Source: Limnochordia bacterium (lineage in GTDB: Bacteria; Bacillota; Limnochordia; DTU080). From it: a stretch of 50,440 nt of DNA. The DNA lies in contig JBMNSS010000003.1 of assembly GCA_050945315.1 (NCBI GenBank), forward strand, positions 1 through 50,440. Reading direction: 5' to 3'. Shown piece by piece: positions 25,088-35,265 of the stretch (the stretch's first letter is position 1; the number at the start of each line of letters is the position of its first letter). The notes beneath the pieces were generated by a model. It saw nothing but the letters and a program-made list of their open reading frames with translations. It was not told the DNA's origin and ran no database searches. A program made the position numbers and the translations under genes.

Positions 25088-26347
25088 ATGGGATTTGGCC
25101 TGGGCTTTATGGTCCTCCTGATGATCGTGGGCGGTTTTGCTGCCTATCAAGGTGACAAAGTCGGCAGGTTTGCGGGGAGGCGACGCCTCAGCATCTTGGG
25201 CTTGCGCCCTCGCTATACCTCGCGTATCATCACCATTATCACCGGTGTGATCATCGTCTTGTTCACGCTGGTCAGTCTCATCCTTTTGAGTGAAAACGTG
25301 CGACAGGCGTTGTTCGGTATGGAGCAGTTGCGAGCGTCGGTGGAGGCTTTGTCGACGGATCTTACTGCCAAGAACACCGAGTTGGAAGTGCTGGAACAAC
25401 AACGAACTGAACTCTTTTTGGCCAATGACCGTTTGTCGAACGAAAACGCCCAACTGCAGGCTCGCAACGATGAGCTAAAGCAGCAGAGCGAGGCTTTGAC
25501 GGAGCAGACGCGCTTGCTGACCGCTGAGCGTGATCGACTGGAGAGCGAACGGGTCTTGTTGGTGGAGCAGTTGGCGAGTCTGCGCAAGGCGGGTGAGTAC
25601 TATTTCGACCAAGCCAGTCGCCTTCAGGAGGCCAACTTCAGCCTGCGTCAAGCCAGCTTCGTCTATCATGCTCTCGATATTCTTGGTTCGGTGACGGTTG
25701 ATGCCCGGGAGTCTCCCACGGTGCTGCGTGAGCAGCTTGAGGCCCTTGTGGCCGCGGCCAATGAGAAGGTGCTCGGATCCGGATTGAGGGACGACGGCGT
25801 GGGGGTGCGTATAGACCGAGTCATCGTGCAAGAGGGGGGTGTTCACACCCTGGTCAGCGCCGATACGGTCATCGATCTGGCGGTCAAGGCGATCAAAGAA
25901 GACCCGAATACGGAAAGCGTCATCGTGCAACTCATCTCTTTGACCAATGCAGCCCCCGGAGAGATAGTCCAGGCTGACTTCAACCTTATCCGGAACGTGG
26001 TGGTCTTTTCACAGGGAGAGGTCATCGCTAGGCGCACCTTTGACGGCAGCAGAAGCCCAAGCGAGATCTTTGAGGAGTTCATTTTGTGGATCCAAGGTGA
26101 GGCGCGAGATGTAGCCCGCAACAGGGGCATGATGCCGCAGGATGACGGAACTTTTGGCGGGGTTTCTCCGCGACAAGCCTACGAAGTGGTCGAGTTCATC
26201 GCGCGGCACGGCAGCGAGATAGAGCTGGTGGCCTTCGCGGCGGAGGAGTGCTGGACCAGAGGGCCTTTGGTGCTCGGCTTTGCCGCACGCCCGCTTGAGC
26301 TGCAGTACGGGGAGGGTGAGGCAGTTGAGCTCATATCAGCGACCTAG
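25088..26347 (+). CDS. DUF3084 domain coiled-coil membrane protein
   Basis: GG.AAY.GD.VG..AGRRRLSILGLRPRYTS.IITIITG..I, then SENVRQALFGMEQL and a long coiled coil. Confidence 0.88.
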   Translation: MGFGLGFMVLLMIVGGFAAYQGDKVGRFAGRRRLSILGLRPRYTSRIITIITGVIIVLFTLVSLILLSENVRQALFGMEQLRASVEALSTDLTAKNTELEVLEQQRTELFLANDRLSNENAQLQARNDELKQQSEALTEQTRLLTAERDRLESERVLLVEQLASLRKAGEYYFDQASRLQEANFSLRQASFVYHALDILGSVTVDARESPTVLREQLEALVAAANEKVLGSGLRDDGVGVRIDRVIVQEGGVHTLVSADTVIDLAVKAIKEDPNTESVIVQLISLTNAAPGEIVQADFNLIRNVVVFSQGEVIARRTFDGSRSPSEIFEEFILWIQGEARDVARNRGMMPQDDGTFGGVSPRQAYEVVEFIARHGSEIELVAFAAEECWTRGPLVLGFAARPLELQYGEGEAVELISAT

Positions 26348-26816
26348 CTGGGATACGTATTTTATCAAGATGGCCTGCTTGACAGCGAGCAGGGCTACAT
26401 GTCCGCGGCGTAGAGTAGGCGCTGTCTTGGTGCGCGATCACCGTGTACTGGCCACCGGCTACAACGGCTCGGTACGAGGAGCGCCTCACTGCGATGATGT
26501 AGGTTGCTTGATAGCCAAACAGGGTGAGCGGGACTCATGCGTGCGTACCGTCCATGCTGAACTCAACGCCATTCTTCACTGCGCGCTCAACGGAGTGTCC
26601 AGCGCCGGAGCGACACTGTACTGTACCGACTTTCCTTGCTTGGGATGTGCCAAAGCTCTTATTCAAGCGGGAATAGGAAAGATCATCTACTTGTCTGAGT
26701 ATCCCGACGTCCACTCTTTTTCACTGCTTCGTGAATCAGGTATTATGTTGTTCAAAGCTGTTGAAGACGGGCAAGGAGGGTACAGGCTGACATCGCCGCC
26801 CGGGTCTTGCACGTAG
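26325..26816 (+). CDS. dCMP deaminase / ComEB family
   Basis: RPSWDTYF, RATCPRRRVGAVLV, TGYNG, HAE.NA, PCLGC; TTG at 26325 after GGGTGAGG. Confidence 0.92.
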   Translation: MSSYQRPSWDTYFIKMACLTASRATCPRRRVGAVLVRDHRVLATGYNGSVRGAPHCDDVGCLIAKQGERDSCVRTVHAELNAILHCALNGVSSAGATLYCTDFPCLGCAKALIQAGIGKIIYLSEYPDVHSFSLLRESGIMLFKAVEDGQGGYRLTSPPGSCT

Positions 26817-26844
26817 CGTAACCTGATGCTAGGGAGGTGTCCGC

Positions 26845-27315
26845 GTGGCAAGAAACCGCCGCTTAACCCATGAAGCAGCGGCCTCATTCGTTCTTGCGTG
26901 GCTGGCCATTCTTATATGGCACGGTGTTTTGCCCTGGTTTGGTTTTATCGAGCGCTTTTTGCTGCGACCCGGTCCTTGGGGCGAGTTGATGGGGGTGCTT
27001 TTTATCAGTGGCACCTACTATGCCATGCTGTCCGTTGTTCTGTCTTTGGCCGGCAGAATCGATGCCGCGGTTCACCCTATTCCAACCGCCTACTTCGGAG
27101 GCTGGTGGCTGGCAGTCATTCTAGCCGCTCTCAGTGTGTTCAGTCCGTCGTTCACCAACGTTCTCGGTCTTAAGGTCACGACCGCCGGAGCCAATCTGAT
27201 TTTCATCACTTTGTTCGTCGGTACCATGAAGTATTGGATAGACGGGTATCTGCGCCCGCCTCCAACGCCTCCGGAGAATAGGATCGAGCGGCAACAGGAG
27301 GACTCTGATGACTGA
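26845..27315 (+). CDS. Hypothetical membrane protein (about 4 TM)
   Basis: SD GGGAGGTG, GTG start, four hydrophobic segments, overlaps the next gene. Confidence 0.7.
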   Translation: MARNRRLTHEAAASFVLAWLAILIWHGVLPWFGFIERFLLRPGPWGELMGVLFISGTYYAMLSVVLSLAGRIDAAVHPIPTAYFGGWWLAVILAALSVFSPSFTNVLGLKVTTAGANLIFITLFVGTMKYWIDGYLRPPPTPPENRIERQQEDSDD

Positions 27316-27916
27316 TCTGCGTGAGATTGTGCTCACCATTCCCGTGTTCTTGCTGGCCATTTCTTTCCATGAGTATGCTCACGCTTTGACGGCCGTTCGT
27401 TTCGGAGACCCCACACCGCGCTATCAGGGGCGACTGACCCTGAGCTTTCACGCTCATTTTTCATGGTTAGGAGCCTTGATGCTGATTATCGCCGGGATAG
27501 GATGGGCCAAACCCGTGCAGATCAATACGCGCAATCTCCGCAATCCCAAGTCAGACATGCTCTGGATCAGCCTGGCAGGGCCGACGGCCAATCTGGTGTT
27601 GGCCGTAACCTTCGCTATGTTGGTACGTCTGGCCATGCCATGGATATCGCCGGCGAACATGGTGGGCAGGTCGGTGGTCACTATGTTGTACTTGGGTGTG
27701 CGCCTGAATGTGTTGCTCGCGGCGTTCAATCTTATCCCCATACCTCCCCTTGACGGCGCCAAAGTGGCGAATGCTCTGCTGCCCTCGCGCTGGGGACAGG
27801 CCTTGGACAGCATGGAGCCCTGGGGATTTGTGATCATCTACGTCCTTTTGCGTTTCTTTGGTCTGGATAGGTTGCTGTATACGGTGGCAGCCACGGGATC
27901 GCGGATTCTTTTGTAA
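27308..27916 (+). CDS. Site-2 protease, peptidase M50 (YwhC-like)
   Basis: HEYAH, GDPTPR..GRLTL, GWAKPV, AGPTAN, FNLIPIPPLDG. Confidence 0.93.
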   Translation: MTDLREIVLTIPVFLLAISFHEYAHALTAVRFGDPTPRYQGRLTLSFHAHFSWLGALMLIIAGIGWAKPVQINTRNLRNPKSDMLWISLAGPTANLVLAVTFAMLVRLAMPWISPANMVGRSVVTMLYLGVRLNVLLAAFNLIPIPPLDGAKVANALLPSRWGQALDSMEPWGFVIIYVLLRFFGLDRLLYTVAATGSRILL

Positions 27917-27928
27917 GGGTTGAGGGCG

Positions 27929-29170
27929 ATGCGAGCTGAACTGGTCATGGTGGGAACCGAGCTGCTTTTGGGTGAGGTGCTGGATACCAATAGCCAATGG
28001 CTGGCCGCCAAACTGGCTGAAATAGGAGTCCATCTCTATTTCAAGAGCACGGTGGGTGACAATTCGGATCGGCTGGCACGGGTACTGACTCAGGGCTTGG
28101 GGCGCTCCGATGCAGTGATTATCAGCGGCGGCCTGGGACCCACCGAGGATGATTTGACGCGCCAGGTTGTGGCGAGCGTGGTGGACCGTCCATTGGTCTA
28201 CAGCGAAGCAGCGGAGCGACATGTGCGTCAGTATTTCCGGCGCACCCAACGCCCCATGCCTGAGCGTGTGTTGCGACAGGCTTGGTTGCCCGAAGGCGCC
28301 ACGCCCATTCCCAATCCGCGAGGTACCGCGCTGGGAATTTGGCTGGAGACGGAAGGTAAACTGCTTGTCGCCCTTCCCGGTGTCCCTTCGGAACTGAAGA
28401 CCATGGCGGAGGAGTATGTCTTGCCTCGGCTTGTCGGTCGGGAAGGGGCTCGCGTGACCCACTCGCGGGTACTGCATTTTTGCGGTATCGGTGAGTCAAG
28501 TCTGGAGGAGCTGGTCGACGATCTCATACGAAAGCAGACCAACCCCACGATTGCACCCTACGCCAGCTTAGGTGAGGCTCGTCTGCGGCTGACCGCCCAT
28601 GCCCCTTCGATGAGCGAGGCGCAAGCCATGATAGAGCCTTTGGAGCAGGAAATACGCCGACGTGCCGGTCATCTTCTCTACGGCGCAGACGGATGTAGCT
28701 TGGAGCAGGCGGTGGGTGATCTGCTTGTGGCCCAAGACGCTGACTTGGCCACCGTTGAGTCTTGTACGGGTGGTCTGCTCGCCCATCGCTTGACCAATGT
28801 GCCGGGTAGTTCCCGCTATATGCTGCAAGGCTGGATAACGTACAGCAACAAATCAAAAATGACCGAGGTAGACGTCCCCCATGAGCTGATAGACCGCCAC
28901 GGAGCCGTCAGCGCGGAGGTGGCGGAGGCTATGGCCCTGGGTGCCCGTCGATGTGCCGGCAGTACCTACGCGTTGGCCACCACCGGTATAGCCGGCCCCG
29001 GGGGCGGAACTGACAAGAAACCTGTCGGTTTGGTCTACATTGCTCTTGCGGGGCCGCGGGGGACGGTCGAGGTCATCAAGCGTCACTTCCCCGGGGATCG
29101 TCTCGACTTCAAGAAACGGACGACTACCGCGGCTCTTGATCTGTTACGCCTGCACTTATTGCGAGCATAG
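27929..29170 (+). CDS. cinA: Competence/damage-inducible protein A (NMN deamidase)
   Basis: VGTELLLG...DTN, GGLGPT.DDLT, LPGVPSE, ESCTGG, GAVS.EVA..MA.G, TGIAGPGGG. Confidence 0.95.
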   Translation: MRAELVMVGTELLLGEVLDTNSQWLAAKLAEIGVHLYFKSTVGDNSDRLARVLTQGLGRSDAVIISGGLGPTEDDLTRQVVASVVDRPLVYSEAAERHVRQYFRRTQRPMPERVLRQAWLPEGATPIPNPRGTALGIWLETEGKLLVALPGVPSELKTMAEEYVLPRLVGREGARVTHSRVLHFCGIGESSLEELVDDLIRKQTNPTIAPYASLGEARLRLTAHAPSMSEAQAMIEPLEQEIRRRAGHLLYGADGCSLEQAVGDLLVAQDADLATVESCTGGLLAHRLTNVPGSSRYMLQGWITYSNKSKMTEVDVPHELIDRHGAVSAEVAEAMALGARRCAGSTYALATTGIAGPGGGTDKKPVGLVYIALAGPRGTVEVIKRHFPGDRLDFKKRTTTAALDLLRLHLLRA

Positions 29171-29250
29171 GTCTGTGGAGGAGGTGTGCTCCGCTGCGTC
29201 GAAGTCCAGACAAGCCGGCTATCCCGGCGAAACACGAAGACGGCCGTCAG

Positions 29251-29850
29251 ATGATGCGTGTCTTTGTCGCACTGCCCCTTCCGGACGCAGTTGCCGGCGT
29301 CCTTGCTCATCTGGTGCAACAGTCCGACCAATCCGAGATCCGTTGGGTGGCACCGGCCAATTTTCATCTGACACTCCGCTTCTTGGGCGATATCTCCGTG
29401 GATGATGTGAAGTCTGTTTCTGTCGCTTGCGCGCGGGCGGCGCGAATCGCCGAGCCGCTCAGACTCGTTGTGGAAGGTACAGGGGCCTTTCCGGGCTGGC
29501 ACAGACCTTCTGTCCTGTGGGCAGGAGTGTCGGGTGAGACGGCATCCCTTCGTCAGCTGGCTACCGGTCTGGAGGAGGAACTCGTACGTGCCGGTTTTCC
29601 TCCGGAACAACGTCCGTTTAGGGCACACGTGACTCTGGGTCGATGTCGGTCAGGCTGTTCCAAAGAACTGTGCCAGCGATTACAGGCCACCGGTGAACAA
29701 CTACATGAACCGTGGCTGGCGGATACGATGGTGATCTATCAGAGTATTCTTTCTCGGCGGGGGCCGAGTTATGTGGCTTTGGATAGCATTGCATTGGGTG
29801 GCGCCCCGAGAGGCGGAGAAGCAGAGAGAGGGAAGCAAAGTGTCGACTGA
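29251..29850 (+). CDS. thpR: RNA 2',3'-cyclic phosphodiesterase (2H phosphoesterase)
   Basis: MRVFVAL; two HxT motifs ([14 protein letters not shown]). Confidence 0.92.
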   Translation: MMRVFVALPLPDAVAGVLAHLVQQSDQSEIRWVAPANFHLTLRFLGDISVDDVKSVSVACARAARIAEPLRLVVEGTGAFPGWHRPSVLWAGVSGETASLRQLATGLEEELVRAGFPPEQRPFRAHVTLGRCRSGCSKELCQRLQATGEQLHEPWLADTMVIYQSILSRRGPSYVALDSIALGGAPRGGEAERGKQSVD

Positions 29851-30877
29851 TGAACGGCATAAGGCCTTGGAATTGGCACTGGCGCAGATTGAAAGACAAC
29901 ATGGAAAAGGCTCCGTTATGCGACTTGGGGAGGCTTCTGCCGGGCTTTCCGTAGAATGCATATCTACCGGAGCGCTTTCGCTGGACATAGCTTTGGGCGT
30001 CGGGGGCATCCCCAGAGGTCGTGTGATCGAGGTGTACGGGCCTGAATCATCGGGCAAGACCACTTTGACACTTCATGTTATGGCCGAGGCTCAAAAGGCC
30101 GGCGGTATGGCGGCCATGATTGATGTTGAACATGCCCTTGATCCGACCTATGCGCACAAAGTCGGTGTGGACATCGACAACTTGCTTATCTCCCAACCGG
30201 ACAATGCGGAGAGCGCTCTTGAGATTGCCGAAGCGTTGGTGCGCAGCGGTGCCATTGATTGTATTGTAATTGACTCGGTGGCGGCTTTGGTGCCGCGCGC
30301 TGAGATTGAGGGTGAAATGGGAGACAGCCACGTCGGCTTGCAGGCCCGCCTCATGTCTCAAGCTCTGCGCAAACTGACGGGTGCCATCAGCAGATCACGG
30401 ACAGCGGTGATCTTTACGAATCAGATCCGGGAAAAGGTCGGTGTCATGTTCGGTTCACCGGAGACGACGCCGGGGGGCAGGGCACTGAAGTTCTACGCGT
30501 CAGTACGACTCGATATCCGGCGTGTGGAGACACTCAAACAGGGTAGCGAGAACATCGGAAGTCGTACAAGAGTGAAGGTCGTGAAAAACAAAGTCGCCCC
30601 ACCGTTCCGAGAGGCCGAGTTCGACATTATTTACGGACAGGGCATCTCGCGTGAGGGCAGCATCCTTGATGTAGCCGTTGATCTCGATATCGTTCAAAAG
30701 AGCGGGGCCTGGTTTTCCTACGGTGATACGCGTCTGGGACAAGGTCGCGAAAATGTCCGGGAGTTTCTGAGACAAAACGCGGCTTTGACTGATGAAATCG
30801 AGGCCTTGGCCCGCCAAAAACTCGGCTTGCAGGGGTCCGACAAGGATGTGGAAGCGAGCGAGGTGACGGCGGAGTAA
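29840..30877 (+). CDS. recA: Recombinase A
   Basis: [52 protein letters not shown]; GTG start at 29840. Confidence 0.99.
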   Translation: MSTDERHKALELALAQIERQHGKGSVMRLGEASAGLSVECISTGALSLDIALGVGGIPRGRVIEVYGPESSGKTTLTLHVMAEAQKAGGMAAMIDVEHALDPTYAHKVGVDIDNLLISQPDNAESALEIAEALVRSGAIDCIVIDSVAALVPRAEIEGEMGDSHVGLQARLMSQALRKLTGAISRSRTAVIFTNQIREKVGVMFGSPETTPGGRALKFYASVRLDIRRVETLKQGSENIGSRTRVKVVKNKVAPPFREAEFDIIYGQGISREGSILDVAVDLDIVQKSGAWFSYGDTRLGQGRENVREFLRQNAALTDEIEALARQKLGLQGSDKDVEASEVTAE

Positions 30878-30880
30878 GTC

Positions 30881-31510
30881 ATGGCAGGGCTTGTGACGGC
30901 GGTGCACAAAAAAGGCCGCGATGTCTATGAGGTGTGTCTCGACAACGACCGCGTGTTTTTGTGTCCTAGTGATGTTCTTGTTCGCCGGCAGGTGGCAGTC
31001 GGGAAAAGAATCGGCCCATCCGAGCTGGAGGAGCTCTTGGCGGACGCTGAGAAAACCCTGGCGGTGCGAGAGGCGCTGGCTATGGTAGCCAGGGCGTCAC
31101 GGACGCAACATGAGGTGATCGTAAGGCTTGAACGCAAAGGTTTCGGGCCCGTCGCTGTCGATACAGCCGTAGAAAGACTAAGTGAGCTGGGTTACATCGA
31201 CGATCCGGGTCTGGCCAAACGCCTGGTCCGTGAATTCGATGAACGAGGGGACATGGGGCATTGGCGAAAAAGGCAGAAGCTTTTGCATAGGGGTTTCGAT
31301 GCCGATGTGGTTGAGGCAGCCGTAGGCCCGCTAACTGAAGACGCGGAGCGTCAGCGGGCCTTGGCTTTGGCCCGTAAGCGACCTCCTCCGATCAATGAGA
31401 CACAGATGCGACGGTTGGCTCACTACCTTTATCGGCGTGGGTTTAGCGAGAGTATCGTCTGGTGGTGTTTACGTCAGTTAGGCGCTGAGGTTGACATCGA
31501 TCAGTGGTAA
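30881..31510 (+). CDS. recX: Regulatory protein RecX
   Basis: Directly after recA; L..LGYIDD, LLHRGF and YLYRRGFS three-helix repeats. Confidence 0.9.
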   Translation: MAGLVTAVHKKGRDVYEVCLDNDRVFLCPSDVLVRRQVAVGKRIGPSELEELLADAEKTLAVREALAMVARASRTQHEVIVRLERKGFGPVAVDTAVERLSELGYIDDPGLAKRLVREFDERGDMGHWRKRQKLLHRGFDADVVEAAVGPLTEDAERQRALALARKRPPPINETQMRRLAHYLYRRGFSESIVWWCLRQLGAEVDIDQW

Positions 31511-31519
31511 AGCTACAAT
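31491..31519 (+). promoter_or_regulatory. sigmaA promoter of rny
   Basis: TTGACA-N17-TACAAT overlapping the end of recX. Confidence 0.75.
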
Positions 31520-31635
31520 TAAAAGCGGGCTTTTGGTCTGGTTGTAGGCTTTTGGTCCAGTTATGCGGCGACAATGTCCCGGGCATCAAAGCCTGGATTT
31601 GATGATACAACGGCACATGCCAATGGTCCGAGGTG

Positions 31636-31661
31636 AAGCCGAGCTCGTCTCGGCTTTCTTT
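31636..31661 (+). terminator. Terminator-like hairpin in the recX-rny intergenic region
   Basis: AAGCCGAG-ctcgt-CTCGGCTT followed by TCTTT. Confidence 0.6.
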
Positions 31662-31744
31662 ACAACCTGTGGCCCTTCCCGGCTTGTCTGCCGCGGTTTT
31701 ATTTGCAGTTAAGACGGTGGAAACAGGGGAAGGGGGGGTAACGA

Positions 31745-33277
31745 ATAGCAATCGTATTAGTGATTTTGTCCGTAGCAGCTGCTGCGTTTGCCGGTGGCTA
31801 CTTCGTCCGCAGGACGGTAGCCGAGGCCAAACTGGGGTCGGCTGAAGCCGAAGCGAAGCGGATCGTGGAGCAGGCGGTTCAGTCGGCCGAAGCGAAGAAG
31901 CGTGAATCTCTTCTTGAAGCCAAGGAAGAGGTTCATAGGATGCGTCTGGATGTTGAGCGAGAGCTCCGCGATCGGCGGCACGAGCTTAATCAGTTTGAAC
32001 GGCGCCTTTTGAGTAAAGAGGAAAACCTCGACAAACGGCTGGAACAGATTGATGCCAAGGAGACGGCGCTGGACGAACAGAAAAGGAGCTTGGAGTCAGC
32101 AGAGAGCGAAGTGCAAGGTATGGTGGAGCACTGGCACCAAGAGCTTGAGCGTCTTGCGAGTATGACGAGCGATGAGGCTCGTGCATACCTGCTTCAGCGC
32201 ACCGAGGATGAAGTGCGCCATGAAATGGCCTTAAAGATCAAAGAGATCGAGACTGAGGCACGTGAACAGGCTGAACGCAAAGCACGTAACATTGTATCGT
32301 TGGCCATTCAGCGGTGCGCCGCCGACCACGTGACCGAGAGTACCGTCTCGGTAGTCAATCTGCCCAACGATGAGATGAAGGGCCGGATTATCGGTCGCGA
32401 GGGACGCAACATCCGTACTCTGGAGACACAAACAGGTATCGATCTGATAATTGATGACACGCCTGAGGCCGTTATCCTGTCGGGCTTTGATCCAGTGCGA
32501 CGTGAAGTAGCGCGTATAGCGCTTGAAAAACTCGTAGCCGACGGGCGAATCCATCCCGCGCGCATTGAAGAGATGGTCGAAAAAGCGCGGCGCGAGGTTG
32601 AGCAGACCATACGTGAGGCGGGCGAACAGGCAGCCTTTGAGGCGGGAGTGAATAACCTGCATCCGGAGCTGATCAGATTGCTCGGGCGCCTGCGGTTTCG
32701 CACCAGTTACGGTCAGAATGTGCTTCGGCACAGCATAGAAGTGAGTCACTTGGCAGGCATTATGGCCGCCGAGTTGGGTGCCGATATCCGTCTGGCTAAG
32801 CGGGCCGGTTTGCTTCACGACATCGGTAAGGCAGTAGACCATGAGGTGGAGGGTACTCACCTGGAGATCGGGCGCGAGCTTCTGCGCCGATACAAGGAGT
32901 CCCGTGACGTAATACATGCCATGGAGAGTCACCACGGTGACTATGAGCCGACGTCGGTGGAGGCCGTACTGGTCACGGCCGCCGACAGCATTTCCGCGGC
33001 TCGTCCCGGCGCACGGCGGGAGTCCCTCGAGAACTATATACGGCGATTGGAGAAACTTGAGGCCATCGCGGATTCACTGGACGGGGTGGAAAAATCATAT
33101 GCTATACAGGCCGGGCGAGAGATACGCATCATCGTCAAGCCTGAGCGCATCGATGATGCCACCGCGACGAAGTTGGCCCGTGATATGGTGAAACGCGTTG
33201 AGTCTGAGTTGGAGTATCCGGGGCAGATCAAGGTGACCGTGATCAGGGAGACTCGAGCGGTGGAGTACGCCAAGTGA
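31745..33277 (+). CDS. rny: Ribonuclease Y
   Basis: TM plus coiled coil, KH domain ([14 protein letters not shown]), HD domain (GLLHDIGK), SYAIQAGRE. Start uncertain: ATA 31745 fits the SD; first canonical start is GTG 31760. Confidence 0.96.
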   Translation: MAIVLVILSVAAAAFAGGYFVRRTVAEAKLGSAEAEAKRIVEQAVQSAEAKKRESLLEAKEEVHRMRLDVERELRDRRHELNQFERRLLSKEENLDKRLEQIDAKETALDEQKRSLESAESEVQGMVEHWHQELERLASMTSDEARAYLLQRTEDEVRHEMALKIKEIETEAREQAERKARNIVSLAIQRCAADHVTESTVSVVNLPNDEMKGRIIGREGRNIRTLETQTGIDLIIDDTPEAVILSGFDPVRREVARIALEKLVADGRIHPARIEEMVEKARREVEQTIREAGEQAAFEAGVNNLHPELIRLLGRLRFRTSYGQNVLRHSIEVSHLAGIMAAELGADIRLAKRAGLLHDIGKAVDHEVEGTHLEIGRELLRRYKESRDVIHAMESHHGDYEPTSVEAVLVTAADSISAARPGARRESLENYIRRLEKLEAIADSLDGVEKSYAIQAGREIRIIVKPERIDDATATKLARDMVKRVESELEYPGQIKVTVIRETRAVEYAK

Positions 33278-33299
33278 TACTTGTGTTGGTTCAGAACGT

Positions 33300-33335
33300 G
33301 GCGTGAGGCTGTAGTTGAAAGCACGGCCTCACGCC
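33300..33335 (+). other. Strong intergenic hairpin after rny
   Basis: 13-bp stem GGCGTGAGGCTGT / ACGGCCTCACGCC (one G:U), no T tract. Confidence 0.55.
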
Positions 33336-33363
33336 CGTGATCCCGGATGGGGTGGGATATATC

Positions 33364-33915
33364 ATGAAAGGTACCGATGCCGCGGTTGTGGCAGAGTCCG
33401 AGGGGGCCTCGCTGCAGGCGACACTCTTGATTTCTATCCTTCTGCGATATCCTGAGATTAGTTCCGTACGTTTCTTACCGCAAGACGGCTGCATCGGTTT
33501 TACTTTTCTCCTGCGGCAACCTGAGAACGGTGTCTGCCTGGCCTCCTTTGAGCACTCCGTCTTATCGCATCTCGATGCCTTTTCCGCCTTAGGGAAGGTT
33601 GAAAAGGGCTTCGTTTCGGTCGAGTGCAAGACGTACGGAACGCTGACGGTCGTCGAAGTGATCCGTGAGGTCAAGGCTTTTTCTCGGCAGGAGCTTTCCA
33701 TGCTCATCTCACTGATCAGGGATCATTTCGGAGATGCGCTCGTAGTGGAAACGGGTGACGCGCTCCATCTGGAAGAACAAATGCTGGAAGAGGGATTGAT
33801 CGACGACATCTTGGAGGATGTGCGGCGCGCAGGCCCTTGGCGTGAGCTCATGGGTTTTCGTGATGCCGGTCGCGTCTTGATCTTCAACAAGAATCGCCAC
33901 AAGGCACGGGAATAG
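33364..33915 (+). CDS. Hypothetical protein between rny and spoVS
   Basis: Fills the gap with globular-looking composition (LLISILLRYPEI ... GFRDAGRVLIFNK); ATG at 33364. Confidence 0.75.
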   Translation: MKGTDAAVVAESEGASLQATLLISILLRYPEISSVRFLPQDGCIGFTFLLRQPENGVCLASFEHSVLSHLDAFSALGKVEKGFVSVECKTYGTLTVVEVIREVKAFSRQELSMLISLIRDHFGDALVVETGDALHLEEQMLEEGLIDDILEDVRRAGPWRELMGFRDAGRVLIFNKNRHKARE

Positions 33916-33928
33916 GAGGTTTAGTAGC

Positions 33929-34189
33929 ATGGAGATTCTCAAAGTGTCAGCGAAATCGAACCCAAATTCGGTAGCAGGAGCCTTGGCCGGAGTACTTCGT
34001 GAGCGAAACGCCGTTGAGTTGCAGGCCATCGGTGCCGGGGCCATCAATCAGACCGTGAAAGCGATCGCCATTGCGCGGGGCTTTATGGCACCCAGCGGTA
34101 TTGATCTGGTATGTATTCCTGCGTTTGTCGATGTGCTGATCGGTGATGAAGAGCGAACAGCCATCAAGTTTATCGTCCAGCCCCGTTGA
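33929..34189 (+). CDS. spoVS: Stage V sporulation protein S
   Basis: MEILKVSAKSNPNSVAGALAGVLRE..QAIGAGA.NQ.VKAIAIARGF.APSG. Confidence 0.98.
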   Translation: MEILKVSAKSNPNSVAGALAGVLRERNAVELQAIGAGAINQTVKAIAIARGFMAPSGIDLVCIPAFVDVLIGDEERTAIKFIVQPR

Positions 34190-34249
34190 TATGTCTTTTT
34201 TCTGAGTGAAATATCACAAGAATGAGCAGTACAGGAGACAAACGCGAAA

Positions 34250-35209
34250 ATGAACGGCGGTTCGTACTGGATTGCTGACTTTCACTGCGACACTCTTTTT
34301 CAGGTTATGCGCCATGGAGGCCATATGCGAAAACGCCCCGAAGGGCATCTGGATGTGGAACGGCTGGCCGCCGCCGGGGTAGACTTGCAGGTGTTTGCCC
34401 TATATGCGCCTGTGACATCCGCTCGGGGTCCGTTGCATGAAGCACTGCTCATGGCAGAGATCTTCTGGCGGGCTGTGGACCAGGGGCTTCTGCATCCGGT
34501 GCTCTGGAGCGACGATGTGCGTGCCGATTCCACAACTGTGCGCGGTCTGCTGTCGTTGGAGGGTGCCGATGCATTACAAGGGGACGTAGAACTCCTCCGA
34601 ATCTTCTTCCGGCTGGGCGTAAGGGCGATGGGATTGACGTGGAACGGAAGTAATGCATTGGCTGATGGCGTGGATGCGGCTGAGGAGGGGGGGAGCGGGC
34701 TTACGACAGTCGGACGGCGTGTCGTTGAGGAGATGAATCGCTTAGGTATGCTGGTAGATGTCTCTCATCTGTCCGAGCGCAGCTTTTGGGATGTTGTCTC
34801 TGTGTGCGAGGGTCCTGTCATCGCTTCGCATTCCAATGCACAAGCCATCTGCCCTCATCGGCGCAATCTGTCAGACTCACAACTGCAAGCCGTGGCCGCC
34901 GGCGGCGGCGTAGTCGGGCTCAATTTCTACCCGCCTTTTCTGACCTCCGGCGGGGGGGCAGGCATTTGTGATATCTTGCGGCATGCCGAGCATATGCTCG
35001 CCGTCATGGGTCGGGGTCATGTGGGATTGGGCTCTGATTTTGACGGTGTCAGTGGGTTGCCTGAAGGTATCAAAGGGGTGGAATCCTTACCCCTGTTGGC
35101 TGAGGCCTTCGAAAAGGAATTTGGGCCTGAAGTGACAGCCGAAATCATGGGCGGCAGCTTTTTCGAAGTTCTGGTCTCCGTACTGCCTACGAGGCCTCTG
35201 GATCAATAA
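34250..35209 (+). CDS. Membrane dipeptidase (peptidase M19)
   Basis: DFHCDT, LSLEG, LTWN..N.LADG, VDVSH, ASHSN, H.RNL.D, GLGSDFDG. Confidence 0.93.
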   Translation: MNGGSYWIADFHCDTLFQVMRHGGHMRKRPEGHLDVERLAAAGVDLQVFALYAPVTSARGPLHEALLMAEIFWRAVDQGLLHPVLWSDDVRADSTTVRGLLSLEGADALQGDVELLRIFFRLGVRAMGLTWNGSNALADGVDAAEEGGSGLTTVGRRVVEEMNRLGMLVDVSHLSERSFWDVVSVCEGPVIASHSNAQAICPHRRNLSDSQLQAVAAGGGVVGLNFYPPFLTSGGGAGICDILRHAEHMLAVMGRGHVGLGSDFDGVSGLPEGIKGVESLPLLAEAFEKEFGPEVTAEIMGGSFFEVLVSVLPTRPLDQ

Positions 35210-35233
35210 AGCGGCAATCCCCGGGGCATACTA
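35204..35233 (+). promoter_or_regulatory. Putative sigmaF/sigmaG promoter of dodecin
   Basis: CAATA-N15-GGGCATACTA, near consensus. Confidence 0.6.
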
Positions 35234-35265
35234 CCCTCGTATGCGTTTTACAAAGGGGGTTGCTC

